The position numbers and the translations under genes were made by a program. A model generated the notes under the pieces. It ran no database searches, had not been told where the DNA came from, and was given only the letters and a program-made list of their open reading frames with translations. A stretch of 64,000 bases of DNA from Bacteroidales bacterium UBA6229 (GTDB taxonomy: Bacteria; Bacteroidota; Bacteroidia; Bacteroidales; F082): contig DJWN01000126.1 in assembly GCA_002440975.1 (NCBI GenBank), positions 20,785 to 84,784 of the forward strand, given 5' to 3'. Below, piece after piece: positions 1 to 9,849 of this stretch; position 1 is the stretch's first letter, and every line of letters starts with the position of its first letter.

Positions 1-1628
<1,628 letters not shown>

Positions 1629-1653
1629 TTAAAGTTAATTGCTGATTAATAGT

Positions 1654-1932
1654 TTAAATAATTGCTATGATGTCCGATTCGCGCATAATCAGATAATCTT
1701 TTCCTTCGATGGTGAATTCGGTTCCGGCATATTTTCCGTAAAGTACCTGATCACCTTCTTTTACTGTTAATGGTGCCTCGGCAGTGCCGGGACCAACAGC
1801 GATAACGGTTCCTTTCTGTGGTTTTTCTTTGGCTGTGTCAGGAATAATAATTCCGCTGGCTGTTTTTTGTTCAGCAGTGGCGGGTTCAATAACCACGCGG
1901 TCGGCTAAGGGTTTTAAAGTCAGTTTTCCCAT
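1654..1932 (-). CDS. groES: Co-chaperonin GroES
   Basis: The ORF contains [47 protein letters not shown], a typical Cpn10 sequence. I chose the ATG at 1932 (92 aa) rather than the upstream 1959 start. It lies 37 bp upstream of groEL. Confidence 0.93.
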   Translation of the reverse strand: MGKLTLKPLADRVVIEPATAEQKTASGIIIPDTAKEKPQKGTVIAVGPGTAEAPLTVKEGDQVLYGKYAGTEFTIEGKDYLIMRESDIIAII

Positions 1933-2018
1933 AATTTTATTTTTTAAGTTATTAATCATCTTTGATTCCGTGAGCGGAACGTTAAGCTGTTGTCATATTT
2001 TGTGCCAAAGCCGAAACA

Positions 2019-2060
2019 CAAAAAAAATGTCAGAATGTAGTGACATTCTGACATTTTTTA
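2019..2060 (-). terminator. Intrinsic terminator after secG (bidirectional shape)
   Basis: A perfect 12-bp stem ATGTCAGAATGT / ACATTCTGACAT (2027-2038 / 2043-2054) has a 4-nt loop. It is flanked by an A-run on one side and a T-run on the other. It lies about 25 nt downstream of the secG stop on the minus strand. Confidence 0.8.
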
Positions 2061-2080
2061 ATTTCTTTTAATCTACTTTG

Positions 2081-2407
2081 CTACTCTTCGAAATCCTGAG
2101 CAGGGGGTGCCTGGAAATCAACAGGAGCGGTTTGCTCTATTTGGTCGAGCAATTCGGTATCAAACTGGCCATCTGTGGCATTATATTTAGGTATGGCCAA
2201 AGTAGCTACCAGACTTAATACCAGCAGCGCTACTGCCATCGACCAGGTGGCTTTTTCCAAAAAGTCAGCGGTTTGCCTAACACCCATAAATTGATTTGAT
2301 GATGAAAAATTAGAGGCTAATCCACCGCCTTTTGAATTTTGAACTAATACAATTAAACCCAATAAAATACTGATAATCAGGATTAAAATTGAAATAAATA
2401 CGTACAT
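2081..2407 (-). CDS. secG: Preprotein translocase subunit SecG
   Basis: This 108-aa protein has two TM segments. MYVFISILILIISILLGLIVLVQNSKGGGLASNF is the SecG signature (VLxQxxKGGG). Confidence 0.88.
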   Translation of the reverse strand: MYVFISILILIISILLGLIVLVQNSKGGGLASNFSSSNQFMGVRQTADFLEKATWSMAVALLVLSLVATLAIPKYNATDGQFDTELLDQIEQTAPVDFQAPPAQDFEE

Positions 2408-2424
2408 TTTCTTTTATTTAACGT

Positions 2425-3261
2425 TTATTGCTTTTTGGTTTCTTCAATAAGGGCTGCAAAATAACTACTTTTTTCCGGATATTTCAAACTTAATTTTTCA
2501 AAGATTGAAATGGCTTTAGCGCGATGACCCTGATTGAGGTATATTTTACCCAGTGTTTCGCTAACAATATTTTCCTGGTCAACCACGCTGTTTTGTGCGA
2601 AAGTAATCGGATTATAAAACTCAGGTTTTGGCCTTGAAATAGACGGGTTTTCACTGATAAATTTATCTATCAAAGCTTTCTTTGTTGGCGGAATGCCTTG
2701 TTTTTGTGCCTTTTGTTCGGCTTTCTTTTCCTGTTCGATGGCTCTTATTCGTTCAGCCAGAATTCTTTTAAGTTCTTCGAGAGATTGTTTTTTGTGGGAT
2801 TGGTCTGATTTATACGAGGATGTTTCTTCGTTTTCGACTGTAGATTTGGCGGGATTTTTTTCTTTTTGCTCCTTGCCAATTTCTTCAGTGGATTTATTTG
2901 AACTTATTTCAGATTTGTCAGCTGAATCATTTTGGGCCTTGTTTTCATCAGCTTGTCTATTTGTTTTTTCCTGACTTTTTTTTGTATGGCTGTATTCATC
3001 CGGAAGATCTGGTAATTCTCTTAATTGTGCAATTTTACTGATGTGAAGCCTGAGTATATTTCTGTCAGGTACAAGGCTTGCTGCCAATTTGAGCTGACTG
3101 TCGTAAACAATATGATTGATCAAATGCATATTAATGGCAAGCATGCTTTGAACAATACCGCTGTAAGGAAACTGTATAGCCAAATCCATCAGGTCGGTGA
3201 TAGATTCCTTACTGAGCTTTTCAGGTTCTTTAAGGTATGTTATAAAACTTGCTTTATCCAT
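2425..3261 (-). CDS. Hypothetical protein with K/E/S-rich low-complexity linker and TPR-like C-terminus
   Basis: This 278-aa ORF is tightly packed between the lptE-like gene and secG. Its central region is highly charged (..KKSQEKTNRQADENKAQNDSADKSE..). The C-terminal LGKIYLNQGHRAKAISIFEKLSLKYPEKSSYFAALIEE looks like a TPR. Confidence 0.6.
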   Translation of the reverse strand: MDKASFITYLKEPEKLSKESITDLMDLAIQFPYSGIVQSMLAINMHLINHIVYDSQLKLAASLVPDRNILRLHISKIAQLRELPDLPDEYSHTKKSQEKTNRQADENKAQNDSADKSEISSNKSTEEIGKEQKEKNPAKSTVENEETSSYKSDQSHKKQSLEELKRILAERIRAIEQEKKAEQKAQKQGIPPTKKALIDKFISENPSISRPKPEFYNPITFAQNSVVDQENIVSETLGKIYLNQGHRAKAISIFEKLSLKYPEKSSYFAALIEETKKQ

Positions 3262-3271
3262 AAAGTGTTGT

Positions 3272-3802
3272 TTACCAGTTTACAACAGATTTGTTGAAAA
3301 TATCATCTACAAGCATTTCAACGATTTCGGTAATCAGTCCTTGTTTCACTGCGTTTAAATCCTGTTCGCTGGGATAATCTTTGTGTTGCGTAAACTTGGT
3401 TTCAAAGTTACTACTTTCTTCATATTTATTGGTAAAACGCACATTAACAGTGATTGTAAGCCGGTTGAGGGCAGCCGTTTGATCACTTTGAATGGCAACC
3501 GGAGTAGTGCGGTAATCCGTAATTTCACCTTCGAAAGCCAGATCGCCATTCTGATTAACCATATTCAGGGTAGTTTGATTCATGAATCTGTCGCGCAGGC
3601 CATTTGTGAATTCTTCACTCAACAAAGGCTCCACCAGCATGGCAGTATTCTGAAAATACTGCACCGATATCGTCTTGGCTTCCGGTGGAATGGAGGCTCC
3701 CGTAAAAGAATATACCCCGCATCCGTTCAGCATTGGGAGGCCGGCAATAAGCAACACCATGAGCTGCAATTTGATTGTGAGGCAAGTTTTTTGCATGTTC
3801 AA
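3272..3802 (-). CDS. LptE-like LPS-assembly lipoprotein
   Basis: A signal peptide is followed by the lipobox LNGC. The mature start CGVYSFTGASIPPEAKTISVQYFQN resembles Bacteroidota LptE-family proteins. The gene overlaps the upstream activator gene by 4 nt. Confidence 0.6.
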   Translation of the reverse strand: MNMQKTCLTIKLQLMVLLIAGLPMLNGCGVYSFTGASIPPEAKTISVQYFQNTAMLVEPLLSEEFTNGLRDRFMNQTTLNMVNQNGDLAFEGEITDYRTTPVAIQSDQTAALNRLTITVNVRFTNKYEESSNFETKFTQHKDYPSEQDLNAVKQGLITEIVEMLVDDIFNKSVVNW

Positions 3803-5028
3803 AGGTTTATATTGTATTCTTTTATTTTTCTGTAGAGCGTGCGTTCACTAATGCCCAGTTCCTGTGCAGCACTTTTACGTTTGCCTTTATATTTTTCCAG
3901 GGCACGTTTGATCATGTCAATCTCTATTTTTTCGAGCGAGAGGTCTTCGTCAACAACTTCGGAAGGCTGAAAGCTTGATCTGTCAGTATCTAGCTGTTGA
4001 ATCTGAATTTCAGGTAAATGTTCGTTTTCAAATTCGTCCAGATCGTCAGTATATTGCCGGATTAATTGATTGTTGCTGTGCTCGAAATCATCTTTTACAC
4101 CTTTAGCTGTAATAATTTCGGCCATAGTCTTGCGCAGATCAAGGATGTCTTTTTTCATATCGAAAAGCACCTTATACAAAATGTCTCTTTCCGAGAGTTT
4201 TTCTTTTTCGTCCTGACCTTTGTAGAGCACGGGTAAGGCGTTGCTGTTATCGGTCGGAAGATACATTTTAAGTGTTTGAGCATTAATATTTTTTTCTTTT
4301 TCGATGATTGAGATTTGCTCTGTCACATTTTTTAGTTGTCGGATGTTTCCCGGCCAGCGGTAGGCTTCGAGTAATTGCACAGCTTCATCAGTAAGTTGAA
4401 GCGGTGGCATGCGATATTTTTCTGCAAAATCGTTGGCAAATTTTTTAAATAGCATCAGGATGTCTTCTTTCCTTTCCCGCAAGGGAGGAATCATGATGGG
4501 AACTGTATTGAGTCGGTAAAACAAATCCTGTCGAAACTCACCTTTAGCAATGGCTTCGGGAATGTTAACGTTTGTGGCAGCAACCACACGCACATCGGTT
4601 TTGATCACCTTGGAAGAACCTACCTTAAGGAATTCGCCTGTTTCGAGCACACGCAGCAGGCGCACCTGTGTTGATAGTGGAAGCTCGGCTACCTCGTCCA
4701 GAAAAATTGTGCCGCCATCCACCACTTCAAAATAGCCTTTGCGGGCTTCGTGTGCACCTGTAAAGGAACCTTTTTCGTGACCAAAAAGCTCCGAATCTAT
4801 TGTCCCTTCGGGAATGGCTCCGCAGTTAACAGCAATATAGGAGCCATGTTTTCGGGCACTTGCCTGATGAATGATTTTTGGGAAGACTTCTTTTCCGGTG
4901 CCACTTTCGCCTGTTATCAAAACCGTGAGGTCGGTGGGTGCCACCTGCACAGCCACATGTATGGCACGTTCCAAAAAAGGATCGTGCCCGATAATTCCAA
5001 ACCGTTGTTTGATCGACTGTAGTTCCAT
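3799..5028 (-). CDS. Sigma-54-dependent transcriptional activator (AAA+ plus Fis-type HTH, no receiver domain)
   Basis: Walker A is GESGTGKE and the GAFTGA-loop variant is EKGSFTGA. RWPGNIRQL is present, as is the C-terminal HTH AAQELGISERTLYRKIKEY. The AAA+ domain starts about 10 aa from the N-terminus. Confidence 0.9.
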   Translation of the reverse strand: MELQSIKQRFGIIGHDPFLERAIHVAVQVAPTDLTVLITGESGTGKEVFPKIIHQASARKHGSYIAVNCGAIPEGTIDSELFGHEKGSFTGAHEARKGYFEVVDGGTIFLDEVAELPLSTQVRLLRVLETGEFLKVGSSKVIKTDVRVVAATNVNIPEAIAKGEFRQDLFYRLNTVPIMIPPLRERKEDILMLFKKFANDFAEKYRMPPLQLTDEAVQLLEAYRWPGNIRQLKNVTEQISIIEKEKNINAQTLKMYLPTDNSNALPVLYKGQDEKEKLSERDILYKVLFDMKKDILDLRKTMAEIITAKGVKDDFEHSNNQLIRQYTDDLDEFENEHLPEIQIQQLDTDRSSFQPSEVVDEDLSLEKIEIDMIKRALEKYKGKRKSAAQELGISERTLYRKIKEYNINL

Positions 5029-5063
5029 AGTAGTTTATCGTTTGCTAAAGATAATCAAAACTT

Positions 5064-7535
5064 TTACTCCCGTAAAGTGGCATCAAAGCTTTGTTCCAAT
5101 GCCTGCCTGATTCGGCTCATGCTTTTTTCGATGAGTTTATCGGTGAGAGTTTTCTCATTATCCTGCAAAACAAAGCTTAGTGCATAGGATTTTTTTCCTT
5201 TCGGGATTTTATCACCTTCGTAAACATCAAAAATGCCAACGGATTTTAACAGTTTCTTCTCTGCTTCAAAAGCAATAGCCCGAAGATCCTGGAAGTTTAC
5301 TGACTGATCAAAAACCATGGCCAGGTCACGGCGTACGGCCGGAAACTTTGGAACGGCTGTAAAAAGTTTGGTCTGCTTTTTTTGATTGATTTTCATCAGC
5401 GCAGTCCAGTGGATACTGGCATGAAATACGGCTTTTTCGATGTCGGCCAGTTTAAGGGTTTTAGTGCTCAGCTGTCCGATCTGCATCAGGCTTTTTCCGT
5501 TCAATTCGTAGCTCAACGCAAAATCGTACAGCTCATTTGATACGGTTTGAATTTTGAATTGCTTCAGATCAAAACCCAATTTAGTAAAAACACCTTCAGC
5601 ATAATATTTCAGATCATAAAAATCTGCCGGTTGATCTGAATGATTCCAGTTTTCATCTTCACGAAGTCCGGTGATTGCCAAGTCAAGTAGAGTAAACTCC
5701 TGATAAGGAGCCAGAGCTTTTTCGGGTGTGCTCTTTTTTTGATTATCATATTGATAAACATTGCCAAACTCAAAGCATTTCAGATTTGGGTTTTTTCTGT
5801 TCGTATTGTAGGCAATGGTTTCGAGCAGGCCAAAAACCAGTGTTTGTCGCATCACGTCCAGCTCATTGCTCAACGGATTCAGGATTTTAACATTTTTGTT
5901 TTGGTCAAAATCCGGATGCTTAATTGTGTAGGCTGATTTGGTAAGTGAGTTGTTCAATACTTCGTAAAAGCCATTAAAAGCCAGCATATCAGCTATTTGC
6001 TGCTGGATCTGATCGGTTTTGTTGTTCTCACCAGCATGAATAGCGGCATTTACTTTTTCAGGAATGCGGATATTGTTGTAACCATAAATGCGTAAGATTT
6101 CTTCCACCACATCGGCCGGACGATACACATCAACTTTAAAACCTGGTATCTCCATCTCAATAAATTTAGGAGATTGGTTGAGAATTTTCATGCCAAGATC
6201 TTCCAAAATCGGTTGTACAATGTCAGGCTCAATTGTTTGACCAGCTACTTTGTTCAGGTAGTCGAAAGTGAGCTTTACTTTGGCTGGTTCAATATTTTTG
6301 GCCAGCACATCTTTTATTTCGGAACTGATTTTTCCATTGGTTATTTCCTGCATTAGCAGCAGGGCTCTTTTCAGTGCATAGGCTGTGATATTGATGTCGG
6401 TTCCACGCTCAAAACGAAAAGAGGCATCGGTTTGCAGGCCGTGATATCGTGCAGTTTTGCGAATATAACGGGAGTCGAAACAGGCACTTTCCAGAAAAAT
6501 AGCTTTTGTATCAGCGGTTACGCCTGAATCCAAGCCACCAAAAACACCACCGATACACATCGGAGCTTCGGCATTGCATATCATCAGGTCGTTGGCTGTA
6601 AGTTTTCTCTTCTGCTCGTCAAGGGTCACAAAAGCTGTGTCAGCAGCCAGGGTTTTTACTATGATTTTATTTCCTGTAATGGCTTTGGCATCAAAAGCAT
6701 GAAGCGGCTGACCGGTTTCAAACAACACATAATTGGTAATGTCAACGATATTGTTAATTGGTCTCACACCGATTGCTTTTAACCTGTTTTGCATCCACTC
6801 GGGCGAAGGGCCAACATTTAATTCGCTGATTGTGCTTCCGGTATAGCGTGGACAGGCTATTGTGTTTTCAACTTCAATTTTGATGTCAAGGGTTTGATTG
6901 TCAACTGAAAACTCATCTACCGATGGCATTTGCAATTTGTATTTCTGACTGCCATCGCGATGATTTAAGGCAGCGGCCAGGTCTCTTGCCACGCCAATAT
7001 GCGACATAGCATCGGAGCGGTTTGGCGTTAATCCAATTTCAAAAACCACATCCTGTTCAACAGTAAAAAGACTGGCAGCCGGGATGCCAATTTTGGTTTC
7101 ATCGGGCAGCACCATAATGCCGTCATGCGAATCGCCAAGTCCCAGCTCATCTTCGGCACAGATCATCCCTTCGGACACTTCGCCTCTGATCTTACTTTTT
7201 TTGATTTCAAAAGCGGCTTCACCGCCATAAAGCGTGGTGCCAATTGTTGCTACCAGCACTTTTTGACCGGCTGCTACATTGGGAGCACCGCAAACAATGG
7301 CAAGGGGTTCTGCTCCACCCACATCCACTGTTGTCAGACTCAACCTGTCAGCATTTGGATGCTGTACACAGCTTAAAACTTTCCCCGTAACTATGCCTTT
7401 CAGGCTTCCTTTTACTGATTCGAAAGGGATAATGTCTTCTACTTCAAGACCGCTAGCCGTTAATACCTCTGCCACTTCTTCGGCAGGCAAGTTGCAATTG
7501 ATATACTGTTTCAGCCAGTTATAAGATATCTTCAT
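5064..7535 (-). CDS. pheT: Phenylalanine--tRNA ligase beta subunit
   Basis: This 823-aa protein starts MKISYNWLKQYI. It has an N-terminal tRNA-binding domain (..HPNADRL..VVCGAPNV..) and a B3/B4 and B5 type layout. Confidence 0.95.
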   Translation of the reverse strand: MKISYNWLKQYINCNLPAEEVAEVLTASGLEVEDIIPFESVKGSLKGIVTGKVLSCVQHPNADRLSLTTVDVGGAEPLAIVCGAPNVAAGQKVLVATIGTTLYGGEAAFEIKKSKIRGEVSEGMICAEDELGLGDSHDGIMVLPDETKIGIPAASLFTVEQDVVFEIGLTPNRSDAMSHIGVARDLAAALNHRDGSQKYKLQMPSVDEFSVDNQTLDIKIEVENTIACPRYTGSTISELNVGPSPEWMQNRLKAIGVRPINNIVDITNYVLFETGQPLHAFDAKAITGNKIIVKTLAADTAFVTLDEQKRKLTANDLMICNAEAPMCIGGVFGGLDSGVTADTKAIFLESACFDSRYIRKTARYHGLQTDASFRFERGTDINITAYALKRALLLMQEITNGKISSEIKDVLAKNIEPAKVKLTFDYLNKVAGQTIEPDIVQPILEDLGMKILNQSPKFIEMEIPGFKVDVYRPADVVEEILRIYGYNNIRIPEKVNAAIHAGENNKTDQIQQQIADMLAFNGFYEVLNNSLTKSAYTIKHPDFDQNKNVKILNPLSNELDVMRQTLVFGLLETIAYNTNRKNPNLKCFEFGNVYQYDNQKKSTPEKALAPYQEFTLLDLAITGLREDENWNHSDQPADFYDLKYYAEGVFTKLGFDLKQFKIQTVSNELYDFALSYELNGKSLMQIGQLSTKTLKLADIEKAVFHASIHWTALMKINQKKQTKLFTAVPKFPAVRRDLAMVFDQSVNFQDLRAIAFEAEKKLLKSVGIFDVYEGDKIPKGKKSYALSFVLQDNEKTLTDKLIEKSMSRIRQALEQSFDATLRE

Positions 7536-7677
7536 GGATCTCAGCTAATTATATTGTGGGCAAATTCTCTGTCCGATGCAATTCGGCTTGTCAGATTATT
7601 CTTGACTGCAAAAGTACAAATAAATGTCAATCTGTCATGTTTATTAAGCTTTCAACAGCTTCTATTCTTTGCAATTT

Positions 7678-9783
7678 TTAACCTATCTGACCCCAGTCAA
7701 ATGATTGACGAAAATGAGCAAGGAAATAGTTCCTGGTGATTTGATTTTCTTCTTTCAGCAGTTTTGGATCATCATCAAGCAATTGATTCACAATAGCTCT
7801 AACGTGTTTTATCAGTTTTTCGTCTTTGACAAGATCACCAATTTTTAGTCCCACAGGGCCTGATTGTCTTGTGCCTTGTGTTTCGCCCGGACCTCTGAGT
7901 TGGAGGTCAACAGCAGCAATCTCGAAACCATCTGTGGTACGAACCATAGTAGCCATGCGTTTTTTGCCATCGGCTGAGAGTTTGAAATCGGTCATTAAAA
8001 TGCAAAACGATTGATCAGCACCTCGTCCTACTCTTCCTCTTAACTGATGCAGCTGCGACAAGCCAAAACGATCTGCGTGCTCGATGATCATCACACTGGC
8101 ATTGGGAATATTAACACCCACTTCGATCACAGTGGTGGCAACCATAATATGCGCTTGTTTTTTGATGAAACGCTGCATTTCAAAGTCTTTGTCTTCAGCT
8201 TTCATTTGTCCGTGAACCACGCAAATGCGGTATTCTGGCTCAGGGAAATCGCGCAGCAGGCTTTCATAGCCTTCCTGCAAATGGATCAGATCCAGCTTTT
8301 CGGATTCTTTAATGAGGGGGTAAACGATGTAGATTTGCCTGCCTTCGGCAATTTGTTTTTTCATGAAGCTGAACAAACGCAAGCGCTGACTTTGATAGAG
8401 ATGAATTGTTTTGACTGGTTTGCGTCCGGGAGGTAGTTCGTCGATGATTGAAATATCCAGATCGCCGTATTGCGTCATGGCAAGGGTGCGTGGTATTGGG
8501 GTAGCCGTCATCACCAACATATGCGGAGGAAGATCGGTTTTTTTCCAGAATCGTGCGCGTTGGGCTACACCAAAACGGTGTTGTTCGTCTATTATGGTGA
8601 GTGCTAGTTTGTTGAATTTTACTTTTTCTTCGATCAAAGCATGTGTGCCGATAATGATTTGCAGGCTGCCATCTTCAAGTCCTTCGTGGATTGGTTTTCG
8701 GTCGCGGGCTTTGGTAGAGCCGGTTAGCAGGGCAATTTTTACAGGCATATCAGCCAAAAGTTCTTTGAGAGACTGAAAGTGTTGTGTAGCCAGAATTTCG
8801 GTGGGAGCCATTAAGGCAGCCTGGTAGCCATTGTCCAAAGCGATAAGCATAACCATCAGGGCTACAATGGTTTTCCCGCTTCCAACATCACCCTGCAATA
8901 GTCGATTCATTTGGAAGCCAGAGCCCAGATCGTGTCTGATTTCACGGATTACTTTTTTCTGTGCGTTAGTGAGCGAAAAAGGCAAATAATCCTTGTAAAA
9001 CCGATTGAACAGTTCGCCAACTGTACTGAAAATAATTCCTTTCATTTGTGCTTCACGCTGGCGTTTACGGAGCAGCATATTCAGCTGCAAGAAGAAGTAT
9101 TCTTCAAATTTCAGGCGTCTGGTGGCAGCCTGAAGATTTTGAAGATGGGAAGGCAGATGGATTTGGGCAAAAGCCATATTCCTGTCCATCAGCTTATAGG
9201 TTAAAAGAAGGTTTTGAGGAAGGTTTTCCGGAATGGCCTGATTTATTTGTCCGAGAAGATTTTTAACAAGTTTTGCAAGTTGTTTGCTGCCCAGTCCTAT
9301 ATTTTTGAGCTTCTCGGTAGTGCTGTAAACGCCTTCCAAACTTTCGCCAACGGGTATGATATCTGGCAGGTAATCTTCAACATCCGGATGAACAATATTG
9401 AAACGATTATTAAAAACTGATGCTTTTCCAAAGATGACATATTGTTTGCCGGGTTGAAAACGGCTTTTGATCCATTTTAAACCTTTGAACCAAACCAGTT
9501 CGATGCTTCCGCTTTCATCGTGAAATTGGGCAGTAATTCTGGTGACTCTTTGTTTGCCATGCAACTGCATTTGCGAAACCTGTCCAACAAGTTGGTAATA
9601 AATTTGGTCGTTATTGATGTCGGCTACTTTGTGAACCTTGCTTTTATCAATATAGCGGAAAGGGAAATGAAAAAGCAGATCGCCGAAAGAAAATATTTCA
9701 AGCTCTTTATTGAGCATTTCGGCGCGTTTTGGGCCAACACCTTTTAAAAATTCAATTTTATTGTCGAGCAGATTTCGCTGCAT
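7678..9783 (-). CDS. recG: ATP-dependent DNA helicase RecG
   Basis: This 701-aa protein has an N-terminal wedge domain and helicase motifs GDVGSGKT, DEQHRFG and QLHQLRGRVGRG. Confidence 0.95.
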   Translation of the reverse strand: MQRNLLDNKIEFLKGVGPKRAEMLNKELEIFSFGDLLFHFPFRYIDKSKVHKVADINNDQIYYQLVGQVSQMQLHGKQRVTRITAQFHDESGSIELVWFKGLKWIKSRFQPGKQYVIFGKASVFNNRFNIVHPDVEDYLPDIIPVGESLEGVYSTTEKLKNIGLGSKQLAKLVKNLLGQINQAIPENLPQNLLLTYKLMDRNMAFAQIHLPSHLQNLQAATRRLKFEEYFFLQLNMLLRKRQREAQMKGIIFSTVGELFNRFYKDYLPFSLTNAQKKVIREIRHDLGSGFQMNRLLQGDVGSGKTIVALMVMLIALDNGYQAALMAPTEILATQHFQSLKELLADMPVKIALLTGSTKARDRKPIHEGLEDGSLQIIIGTHALIEEKVKFNKLALTIIDEQHRFGVAQRARFWKKTDLPPHMLVMTATPIPRTLAMTQYGDLDISIIDELPPGRKPVKTIHLYQSQRLRLFSFMKKQIAEGRQIYIVYPLIKESEKLDLIHLQEGYESLLRDFPEPEYRICVVHGQMKAEDKDFEMQRFIKKQAHIMVATTVIEVGVNIPNASVMIIEHADRFGLSQLHQLRGRVGRGADQSFCILMTDFKLSADGKKRMATMVRTTDGFEIAAVDLQLRGPGETQGTRQSGPVGLKIGDLVKDEKLIKHVRAIVNQLLDDDPKLLKEENQITRNYFLAHFRQSFDWGQIG

Positions 9784-9849
9784 TAAGGCCAGTTTTTGTG
9801 GCTAAAATACGAAGGATATTTTTGTGAAACAGCCTTTTTTTCGTAAGGA

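Noticed and set aside
1993-2007. Sigma-54-like TGGCACAAAATATGA upstream of groES (minus strand)
   Set aside because: The -24 half is perfect, but the -12 half is ATGA and lacks the near-invariant GC. It is probably fortuitous.
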